Positions 1 to 10,450 of a stretch of 48,696 nucleotides of DNA are shown one piece after another. Origin of the DNA: Isurus oxyrinchus (Eukaryota); assembly GCA_026770705.1 (NCBI GenBank), contig JANJGN010000926.1, positions 186,001-234,696 of the forward strand. Direction: 5' to 3'. A program made the translations under genes and the position numbers. Each line of letters starts with the position of its first letter. Position 1 is the stretch's first letter. The notes under the pieces were generated by a model. It saw nothing but the letters and a program-made list of their open reading frames with translations, had not been told where the DNA came from and searched no databases.

Positions 1-345
1 TCTGGCTACGATGAGATGGATAAGAATGGAGCCAGGGGAGAGCAGTCCCACCCAGCTGGACGACAGTGGACAGGTGTTGGAGGAGGATGGTGTGGTCGAG
101 CGTGTCAAAGGCTGCAGACAGATCGAGAAGGACGAGGAGGGAAAGTTGACCTTTGTCACAGTCACACAGGATGCCATTTGTGACCTTGATAAGAGCTGTT
201 TCAGCACAGTGGCTGGGGTGGGAACCTGATTGGAGGGATTCAAACATGGAGTTCCGGGAAAGATGGAACCGGATTCGGGAGATGGAAACACGTTCAAGGA
301 CTTTGGAGGGGATAGAGAGGCTGGAGATGGGACAGGGGTTTACAC
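1..345 (-). mobile_element. L2-clade LINE ORF2 reverse transcriptase fragment
   Basis: Minus-strand translation gives ...SKVLERV...FESLQSG..HCAETALIKVTNGIL...LLDLSAAFDTLDHTILLQHL...GTALPWLHSY, the typical L2/CR1-group RT motifs. Confidence 0.85.
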
Positions 346-1614
346 GGACAGTGTGAGGGGTGGAAGGTGTAGTGGGGAGGAGACTCTTCACTCAGGGGGG
401 AGGTGTCATCACCCCTCAGCTCGGTTTACGTTACAGCTATGATGTGGATTCAATCACACACAATAAGCTCATGGATCTGGGAGCAGAAATAGGCAAATCA
501 TTAAAAATAGTGACGCTGGTTAACACGACCAAAAAACAAGCAAATCAAACACTATTATTTCCCATTGAGTGTTGGATGTGAATTGTTGAGTAATTATAAC
601 ACAGCACTTACCAGAAACGTGAAGCTGGGTTACAGGGTAATAGTTATGGCTCGGACGATTGCCAAATTTTATCGTGAAAAGATAATGTCCTGCATCTTCC
701 CGTCTGATGTTGTTTATAATCAGGGAACAGTCACCATCTTTCAGGTCTCCAGACAGCCAGGTCCGATGGTGGAACTGTGATAACTCGCGACTGTGACCCT
801 TGGAGTGAAAGGCTATAGACCATTTAGACCATTTGTTCCGTATGTATCTTCTCATTTTCCAGATTCAGACCTGTGGTTTCTTTACCAAATCTGATGGATA
901 ACTGTAATGACATGGTATCTGTACACACGAACCTTCCTGCGCTGTCACCTCTCGTGGAGTATCACCTTTCCACTCTTGTGACAATCCAACTGGGGAGAGA
1001 AATATCAATATTTAACTCTGGATGTTTTGTTGATTCACTAAGCTCGATATCCACCCCCTCCATCACTCGGGCACAGTGGCTGCAGTGTGGACCATCTACA
1101 GGACACACAATGAACTCCACAAGGTATCAAACCAGATGGAAGAGAATCCTGGACACAAAAGCGGAAAAGTTCATTCTACATTGGTTCATGGTCCTCAGGA
1201 CCCTGTTTGTGCAGAAGCCTGTTCTCCAACAGAACTGAAGTTGGGGACAATGCATTTGGAATTCCACTGTCCGGGGCATTGGGTTAACTTGCTGAGTTTG
1301 TTTTAAATCTAACATCTATTTTTGGTCTGTTGCCTTAAAGGGAGTGTAACTGGGAGTCAGGTTAATTAGGAATTTTAGGAGTTATTATAGCAGTCATTGT
1401 AGTCTTATGTATGTGCTTAAAATCTTTTATTTTGATGACAAATATTTTAATTTATTTTTTTAACTCTCTAAAGGTCTTGGTGTAATTATTGCTTCTGAAT
1501 TCAGTGCACACATCTCATAATAAATACAAATTGCAAAATCATGATGATCGTGTGACCACCTTTCTCTCATGGACTTGGTCTGCCTGGCACACATCACCTG
1601 CCAAGTGATAACAC

Positions 1615-2909
1615 TGTTGTAAACTGCCTTTCAGGGACAGCAGCATGACATCACTCGAGGGGAAGTGTGTCATGTGATTTTTAGGAACTGGTGTTCGCTT
1701 AAGTAAGTTCTATGTGTATTTGTGTGTGTTAGGCAAAAGGTCTATCTTCAAGTTCAAGTTTAGTTTGTATTTCTGTATTTGGGTGTTGAGAAAAGGGGGA
1801 ACTTGAGTTAAAAAGAAGCCAGCATTCCATTGAGGTTTAATGACTGTTGAAGGGAAGTCAAAACAAATACAAGGTGTAAGAAACTGTGCTGTTGCCTAGC
1901 AACAGTGATCCAGAGGGAAGGACCCACAGAGAGAGAGAAAAACAGAAAAGTACTTTCAGTTCAGTTGAAAGGAGTTGCCAGGAGACGCAGCAAAGGAGCG
2001 GGACAGATAGTCAGTCCCAAAGTAAAGAAGAAGCCAAAACTATCGAGTTTGACAGGAGAAAGGGCCCAAGAAAACCTTCTAGTCAAATCTGGAAAAGGCC
2101 CTGTAAAATGAAATTAAGAGTGAGGAGCAGAAGAAGGCTTCAAGCATAAAGGGAGAAAGCAGCAGGACACAGGCCTAAAGCAAAATAGGCTTGTGAGAAG
2201 CCAGAAGATCCTAGGAGACACCACAGGTTGGTGACTCATTACTACGGCCATGTGAAGCCATGGTGTTCCATTGACACGGCTGAGCATTGGAGAGACAGGG
2301 CATGGAAGGAAGGCTGAATGCACGTGGCGATCCAGGGAGCAGGAACATGGGAAGGAGAGTTTGAAATAGTGAAAGTGGACCCTTGTGGAAGGTGTCTGAG
2401 TGAAAGTGTCATGTTGGAGAAGATTCCAAAGTGAGTTCTTGGAGAGTGGAGATTGGAAACCCTCATATGGATATCTCAGTTCAGTGAGACTGGTTGGCTC
2501 ACAGTGTAACAAGCGTCTGGGGACAGATGAGACATAGAATTTGTTTCAAGTGGGCTCTGCCACTTGCTTTCAGAATGTTGTGTCCCTGACCACAGGTCGT
2601 CTATTGGTTTACACGGACTGTGTACTTAGTGTGAACATGAGAATATAAGATAGTTATCGTAATTTGTGTTCTACTTATGTGTCTGTAAAGGTATAGGTTT
2701 GGGTGAAGGAGTAATGTAATATAGTTTGTCTTTCCTAGTTTAATAAATGTTTTATTCTTTTGTTAGACGTTCATCAGATGATTCCTGTGACTCTGTTCAG
2801 TAGCCGCACTCCACATTCCTAAATAAAAAATAAAAGTTAGGACCTATCAAGCTGAGTTCCACCCTGGGATCTGACTTGCCCAGTAGTAACATCAGCTGGG
2901 ATGGTAACA
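1615..2909 (+). mobile_element. LTR-like element (probable solo LTR) in the copy A intron
   Basis: Starts TGTTG, ends TAACA, has AATAAA near its 3' end (~2742, ~2822), and is absent from the equivalent introns of copies B and C. Confidence 0.45.
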
Positions 2910-5330
2910 CCATCCAGTCCAAGTTTCACTTTGGCCTGTGAGCAGAACACAGCTCACACAGTTTGGCTGCAGGTGTCTCCCAGCTTTCTATCCTTGTATA
3001 TCTGTTCTCATGTCCCTGTTCTAAATAACTGAACCCACAATGTATTTACCCAATTCCGTATCAGTGGCTGGTGCCTTTATATCATTATAAAAACACAACA
3101 TGGTGATCAGTGGTGGCCAAACATTCTGGCAGCAAGATTCAGTACAGGTATGACGTGGTGAACAGCCTTCGATCGAGCTACATGACATGAGACGACCCTC
3201 GACGCTTTGGTCAGACCACAACAGAGACACAGCATCAGAGAGGGTTGAAATCGCAGTGTACTGACTGCTCAGGAAACCTTTGAAGACACAGTGACGGGAA
3301 AGAGCTCAAGTAAAGAGCTGGGGAGCAGACGGATCCCTCGTGGTGAGATTACAGCACACGGCCTGTAGGTCAGTGAGTGGGACAGTGTGTATCGCCAAGA
3401 CCAGCAGCGGGTTAGCTCAGTCAGGGAAGGCGAGTGACCAGGGTGTGGGCTGGATCGATAGTGAGCGAGGGAGAGTCAAACACACAAAAACCATTATAAA
3501 AATCAGCCCAGAGAAGTTAGTGATTATAACGGGCGGCTTCGAGATTGCTGAACAGTAAATTGAATAAAAAACAAAGACTCCATTACTCCGTGGTGTGTTC
3601 CTGCCACAACCCGTCTTCGTGGGCGGAGCTTCGGAAAAGCGCACGAAAGGGGCTAAAGCGACACTCATCCCAGGTCCTGTAGGAGAAGGAAGGTCAAAGG
3701 AATATTGTCAGAATGTCCACGAAATTCCCCAGTTTGAACTGGGATGTAGCTGACCGACTATCTGAATTCAGAATGTTTAAACAACGTACAGAGCTCTGGT
3801 TGCCTGATTCAGGTGTGACTGAACCAGACGAGCAAGCCATAAAAATTCACCTCGCGATTGGGAATGAAGGTCTACACAGGCTGAGCACATCAGGATTAAC
3901 AGCAGAAGAGCGAAAGGATCCCCAATAGATACGGACGACATTGGAAGACAGGTTCAGAATCAGGTGAAACTCCATATTCATCAACTAGAGTTTATGTCAT
4001 TTCATCAGCCTACACAATCCATAGACCACTTCATCAGCCGATGTAGAGAAAAGGGTACGCACTGTGATTTCAAACACAGAGCCTGCAGACAGAGTTGTTG
4101 AGTTGGTGATCACATCCACTCCCATGGAAGCCTTCCAGAAAGATCTGCTAGATAAGACCAAAACCTATAGCATTGAAGAGCTACTCAAGGATGGACATAA
4201 ATACGAAGTGATCCTCGCAGGTCAACGAAGCTTACAGGTCCTCAGTACAACATCAATTGTTGACACACTCACTAGAACATCCAAACCTAGTGAGACGTGT
4301 GGAAGGTGTGGCCTTCTGCAGGCACCAAGGAAATGCCCAGCTTTCCACCAATCCTGCAAGGCTTGTGGCAGAAAGGGCCATTGACAGCGGCAGGGCACGA
4401 GAGCAAAGGCTGATGCAGCTACAAAGAGCCGTGCGCTGATCCAATCAAACCCTGCACAATGGGGAACCTTCAAGCAATAAGAATGACCATCCGCTATCCC
4501 ATCAGGAACATATACATGTGGTGACTGACAAACCAGGAAATGGCGATGATGTACACGACGAGACTAGGAGCGGTTCCACCTCTCACACATATCCTGACGT
4601 GGCTTGCCAATAAATTGTGGATTGTGGTCTTTATTGATCTCTCTGGGCACATCAAATTAACTGAAAATGTTCCCATAGGGGTGGGATTTTCTGGCCCCAC
4701 CCACTTCCATGATTGTCCGGTCCCGCCGAAAGCCAATGGATTTATGTCTGTCCCAGTCTCAGAAACTATCCCATCAGCTCAGTTCATGACATAACATTGA
4801 AATATGCAGACAGATTCAACAATATTGGCAGGTTCAAGGGAGCTGCAACATTACACCTGCAGGAGAATGCAAGTCTGTCAGACTCCTTGCATTAAAATTA
4901 ATACAATCCAACTTTGCCACACTATCTTGAGCCTTAAATGGCCAATAATTTCTATGCCTTCCAGTTTCATTTGCTCTCTCTTCTAATTTTGGCCGTGCAT
5001 CTCTCTCTGTTGAACCTCCTCTCGGGATCCGATCCCCTGCCATATTAGTTTAAAGCCTCCTCAGTTGCATCAAGGGTGTAATGTCAATTGAAACCAGGGA
5101 CAACATCGAAGAATAACAATCCCACAGATCAACGTGAGCAATTAAAGAAACCTCCAGACAATTTTGCCACCACAAGATCTCGATATAACAGCAGATTACC
5201 TCTACGCTTTAGAGACTCAAATATTCAACAGATCTATACACTTATATAATTGTCAAGAAATATGAAAATGATACCAGGAACCTCTTGTTCCCTGTCCTTC
5301 TCAAAGATCCATCCCTGCAGCAGGAGCCTG
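2910..5330 (+). mobile_element. Degenerate Ty3/Gypsy LTR retrotransposon (LTR end, PBS, gag, pol remnants)
   Basis: ACAACA|TGGTG LTR/PBS junction at ~3100. Gag-like MSTKFPSLNWD...FRMFKQRTELW with stops and frameshifts. Zinc knuckles CGRCG..QAPRKCPAFHQSCKACGRKGH at ~4300-4381. Confidence 0.75.
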
Positions 5331-6758
5331 AAGAGTTACTGATGTGGGGCTTAATTTATCAGATTGTAGAATGATCCGGAAATGAAGGATGCCATTTGGC
5401 CCATCGAGCCTGTGCTGGGCCTTTGAAAGATCTGTCCAATTATTCCCACTCTCACCTCTGCTCTCTCCTCCACAGCCCTGCAAAATGTCCCCTTCAAGTA
5501 TTTATCTAGTTCCCCTTCTGAAAGTTCCTGTTGAATCTGCTTCCACCGCCCTTTCAGGCAGTGAGTCAATGGTCTCTCTCTGAGCTGCAAAGTGCTAATG
5601 TTCTGAGAACTTTAAACTCTGCAGCAGATCAGAAACAATCATGATAACTCAGAATATTTGACAGCTTTACACACAGACAGCTTTGCCTTCCTTCTCTCTT
5701 TCAGTTATCTTGCTCCCTTATTGAAGTATCTAGCAAGGTGAGAATGGACAGGAAGTGTGACACTGAACAGCCTGTCTATTCTAGGAGCTGCTGTGTTGTC
5801 TTCATGGGAAATTCTGACTAAAATCAGCAATAGACACAAAATTTCAGGGCATTGTTATCCGAGTCCCAGCATCAGGATAGACCTCATCCCCCAGTTGGTA
5901 TTCCTGATTCTCTATTCAGCTGATCACTCCCCTGTCACTGGCTGAACTACACTGACTCCCAGTCCAGCAATGACTCAAATTTCAAATTCTCATCATTGAT
6001 TTCTTACCCCACCATCCCCCCTCTACACTCTCTATCTGTGTAACCTCCTCCAACCCTAAATCCCTCTGAGATCTCTGCACTCCTCCAATTCTACTGTCAG
6101 ACAGGGAGTCAGTGTATATCAGTGAGCACAGGGGTGATGGGTGAATGGGACTTGGTGTGAGTTTGTACACTGGCTCACTGCTGAATCGGTTGCCAATCAC
6201 ACTCAATAAGAATGATCTTTTACAAAGACTATTAGCCATAAAACTGTCCGAGCTGACGACGTTATTACCTTGGAGAAGTGACAGGAGGAAGTAGGATTTC
6301 CCGATCATTGTCCACTCCCAGATACTTCATAAGCTTCTGACTCTCAAACTCTGAAAGAAAAAAGAGTTAATGAGACCTCACCTCTTGTCCGACAGCTCTC
6401 AAGAGATCAGAACTGTTTTTGGACAATGTCTTTACAGAGTAATTTGATTCTCTGTGGGATGATAGGTGCTCTGCAGAGAGTTACAAGGCTTTAAGAAATA
6501 AAAACATTGAAGGATTTGCATTTCTATAGCACCTTTCACCACCTCAAGACGTCCCAAAGCTCATGTCTCTGCACTTCCCTCATCCCTTGAGCTAGAAAGA
6601 TGTTCTGTACAACAGACTTGAGTCTCACACCCAGATCTCAATAACCAGTAGAAATCTTTCAAAGGCATCAATCATTGGAATCGGTCTTTATAAAGTCACA
6701 ACATCAACAAAGGACGGTGTTGGTCGTGGAAGTGAATTCCAGTCGTTCCGTTACTTAC

Positions 6759-6899
6759 CCAGGACCTGTCCGACTGCTCGCCTGGGGAGGAACTGCCCAC
6801 ACGCTCTGCTTGGGCTGAATGACCTCTTCCTGTGCTGCTCCCTCTGTGTGTTTAATTAGAAAGGGTGGATGTGTCACTGTGAGACAAAATGAGGAAGTG
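6759..6899 (-). promoter_or_regulatory. Non-coding first exon and promoter of copy A, with PU.1/ETS motif
   Basis: Donor GG|gtaagt at 6759. AAAATGAGGAAGTG at 6886-6899 is conserved at the same place in copies B and C. Confidence 0.6.
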
Positions 6900-7124
6900 G
6901 GTAATCAGTGAGAAGATCGAGGATGTTTTGTGCTCTCAGCAAAACGTTTACCATGTGTGATCTGTCAGCTCATATTTGGGCAGCTGTAGTCATGAAGCTT
7001 CTCCATTGGCTCCGTGGGATTAGACTCCTCCCCCTCACCACAGAGGCTGAAACTCAGGCGATAGAGTCCCCAACACAGGTCTCGGGCCGTATGATACATT
7101 TCAACGAGCCCTGTTATCATTACG

Positions 7125-8108
7125 GAGGGAGTGCTGCACTGTCAGCGGGACTCTACTGTGGGAGTGCTGCACTATCAGAGGGTCAGTAATGGGAGAGTGC
7201 TGCACTGTCAGAGGGTCAGTAATGAGGGAGTGCTGCACTGTCAGAGGGTCAGTAATGTGGGAGTGCTGCACTGTCAGAGGGTCAGTAATGAGGGAGTGCT
7301 GCACGGTCAGAGGTTCAGTACTGAGGGAGTGCTGCACTGTCAGAGGGTCAGTAATGTGGGAGTGCTGAACTGTCGGCGGGTCTGTATTGAGTGAGTTCCG
7401 CACAGTCAGAGGGTCAGTATTGAGGGGGTGCCGGACTGTGGGAGGGTTAGTACTGAGGTAGAGCCGAGTGTGAGAAGATATCCTTTCATGGCAAAGTTTA
7501 ACTGGAATTTATTTAAACAGAATTCTTGTACTGTGTGTTATTGCAAAAGAAAGGATTTGAGGAACTAAGTCTTGTTCCCGTAAGCCTAAAAATAATTTTC
7601 ACCGATTCAATGATTTAGCATTGAAACCTCCCTCTTTGGGCACCAGTCTTGATTGAATCAACTCGAACAGCACCATGGGAGGGTGAGTACTGAGGGAGTG
7701 CTGCACTGTGGGAGGGTGAGTACTGAGAGAGGGCTGCGCTGTGGGAGGGTGAGTACTGAGGGAGTGCTGCACTGTCAGAGAGTCTGTACTGAGGGAGTGC
7801 TGCACTGTCAGAAGGTGTGTACCGTGGGAGTGCTGAACTGTCGGAAGGTCAGTAGTGAGGGTGGGATACAGTGTCAGAGGATCAGTACTGAGGGAGTGCT
7901 GCACTGTGGGTGGATGAGTACTGAGGGATTGCTGCACTGTCAGATTGTCAGCCATGAGGGTGTGCTGCACTGTCAGAAGGTCAGTGCTGACAGGGTGCTG
8001 CACTTGAAAAGGGTCAATAATGAGGTAGTGCAGCACTGTCAGAGGGACAGTAATGAGGGAGCGCTGCACTGACCGAGGGTCAGGATTGAGGAAACGCTGC
8101 ACTGTCAG
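7125..8108. repeat. 33-bp minisatellite arrays (GAGGGAGTGCTGCACTGTCAGAGGGTCAGTACT), two blocks
   Basis: Tandem units visible at 7125-7460 and 7675-8108; they produce the periodic 11-aa pseudo-ORFs in the track. Confidence 0.92.
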
Positions 8109-8821
8109 TTCTGTGCGTGGTCTGCAATGTCCTAAGTGCATTCTAGGCACAGCCCAAGATTCCGCCTGATGTCTGTGTAACAACAACATCATGTACATGT
8201 CGAGAATAATTCTCACTGTGTTGGTGCAGCAAGACAGTTTTGGAATGGCACCACCACTGGCAGGAGTGTGCAGCTGCAATGTGACGTGTTTACATTGAAA
8301 ATTTCCATTATAAAGATGGCCACAGGAATTCATCTGACTGGAAAAAGTGACAACATGAAATAATGTCTTTGAGCCAAGAATCTGGCAGCAAAATAAGAAT
8401 CTTAATCCATAAGTATCTACAGAAAAGGCTGAACATTTTAATCACTTGTGTTAATCAATGTAATTTTATTCATAACCCAAATGCTTCTTACAATCTATCG
8501 CAGCATGAAAAAGGTGCAGCATTCAGAAAGCACATTCCAATCAGAGAACAGAGTTTAGCAACGTCACATTTCTGTTCATTCCTATTCGACCATGTTGGCT
8601 GCACACAGCCAGACAATGCCGTGGTTATGATGTGTCCACACAGCAGGACTGGGGAGCACCAGGTATAAGGAAAAGTTTCAGCTTGCTGAGGAGAAGAAGG
8701 AGAATCTCTCGTTCCAGGTTTCTCTCCGTACATTAAGAAGCAGGCATGCCGATGTTTCATTGCACTCTGTCTGCTGATGGGAGTCCGCTTGGAAATTGCT
8801 GTTTGTGCTGATGGAAAGAAT

Positions 8822-9430
8822 AAGCTTTTCATAAATGGAGGGATTGAGTACAAACACAGGGAGGTTATGCTGAACATTTATAAAGCTCTGGTTAGGTCAC
8901 AGCTAGAGTATTGTGTCCAGTTCTGCTCTCCTCACTTTGGGAAGGAAGTGAGGGTCCTTGAGAGGGTGGGGAGGAGATTGAGCAGAATGGGTCCAGGGAT
9001 GAGGGATTTTAGCTACAAGGTTGGGTTGGAGAAGCTGGGGTTGTTCTCCTTGGAGCAAAGGAGATTGAGGGGGGATCTGATCGAGGTGTACAAGATGATT
9101 ATGGGTTTAGATACGGTAGACAAAGAGAAGCTGTTGCCATTAGCTGATGGGACAAGGACTGGGGGACACAGATTGAAGGTTGTGGGCAGTGGGGGGATGT
9201 GAGGAGGAACTTTTTTACACAGCGAGTGGTAATGAGCTGGAACTCGCTGCCTACGAGGATGGTGGAAGTGGAGACGATGAACGATTTCAAAAGGAAATTG
9301 GATGGACACTTGGAAATAAACATGCTGGGATACGGGGATAGAGCGGGGGAATGGGACTGAGTGGATTGCTCTACACAGAGACAGCATAGACTTAATGGGC
9401 TGAATGGTCTCCTACTGTGCTGGAATGCCT
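8822..9430 (+). mobile_element. CR1-type LINE 3' end (ORF2 C-terminus and 3' UTR)
   Basis: YKALVRSQLEYCVQF.SP...LERV.RR...LEKLGLFSLEQRRLRGDLIEVYK...TGGHRLK; tail gggctgaatggtctcct. Confidence 0.9.
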
Positions 9431-9543
9431 CTCTGATACGAAGGTGATTCTAACCAGGACACTGACCAGTTTCATTACAACTTAACACAACATCACACGT
9501 TATTTGTCCGCACTGACTGACCAGATTCTTGCTTTACAAAGCT

Positions 9544-9683
9544 TCAAACAGTCTGTCGACTTCCTTTCACTGTTTGTCTCTCCCAGACACAGACTCCAGT
9601 GATAGTGATAACCACAGCCACAAGGAATATCACAGCTCGTATTCCCAGGATCAGGATCACATGCAGAATCTCTCCTCCACTGT
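9544..9683 (-). other. Transmembrane/short-tail exon of copy B with intramembrane Arg
   Basis: tttctttctgtgtgttctctag|AC AGT GGA... encodes (H/D)SGGEILHVILILGIRAVIFLVAVVITITGVCVWERQTVKGSRQTV*. Confidence 0.8.
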
Positions 9684-10074
9684 CTAGAGAACACACAGAA
9701 AGAAATCATCACTGACTCTCCGCTTTCAATCTCTCACTCTGGCTGAACAATCAAGCTTCATATCACTGCAACATTTGCTGTAATATTGACCCATCCACTG
9801 GGATTCAATGTGGAATGAATGTTTTCATTGGAAACACTCTAAGAGTGGACAATCGGAACTTTCCCCTTAGCGTGGAACATTGTTGAGAATGGATCATTGT
9901 GCTGTTGGACTCCCTGTCCAATGTTTCTCTCCATCGCTGTGTACAGGATTGTGCTGTAGAAAATTCTGGAAACGTTTAGTGCAGGGTGGAAATCCATCTC
10001 GGACGCGTGTGCGAATCGGGCAGTATCGAGATGGACTCCCCCACGGACTTACACCCCCCGCTTAATAAACAGTT

Positions 10075-10450
10075 CCAATCTTTACCCAGAGAGAGGGGAG
10101 AATGTGGAACTCACTCCCACAGGGAGTGGTTGAGGTGAACAGTATCGATGTATTTAAGGGGCAGGAGGGTCGGTAACCAGAGGGACACAGATTGACCAAC
10201 TGGAGGGGGAGATGAGGAGAATTTGTTTTGACAGAGCGAGTTGTTGTGATCTGGAAGGTGCTGCCTGAAAGGGCGGTGGAAGCAGATTCAATAGGAACTT
10301 TCAAAAGGGAAATTGGATAAACACTTGAAGGAGGAAGATGGGGTAAAGTGGAGTGGTGGTTAGTGGATCTGATTGGATAGAACATTGAAAGACCTGGCAC
10401 AGGCACAATGGGCTGAATGGCCTCCTCCTGTGCTGTATCATTCTCCGCTT
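10075..10450 (+). mobile_element. CR1-type LINE 3' fragments
   Basis: gagttgttgtgatctggaa...gtggaagcagattcaataggaactttcaaaaggg...gggctgaatggcctcctcctgtgctgt, matching the LINE tail at 8822-9430. Confidence 0.75.

Larger units (their letters stand above)
612..6308 (-). pseudogene. Siglec-like gene copy A (signal exon 6269-6308, V-set exon 612-989; remainder lies beyond the window start)
   Basis: Exon MIGKSYFLLSLLQ (phase 1) splices to cccag|TT GGA (VGLSQEWKGDTPREVTAQEGSCVQIPCHYSYP...). In-frame TGA at 865-867 (GGA in paralogues). F strand reads HYLFTIKF instead of PYFFRIEF. Donor G|gtaagt at 612. Confidence 0.88.

Noticed and set aside
865-867. In-frame TGA codons in copies A and B as selenocysteine or programmed read-through
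   Set aside because: They occur at different positions (Gly and Trp codons), arise by single substitutions, and accompany other lesions; simple nonsense mutations are more parsimonious.
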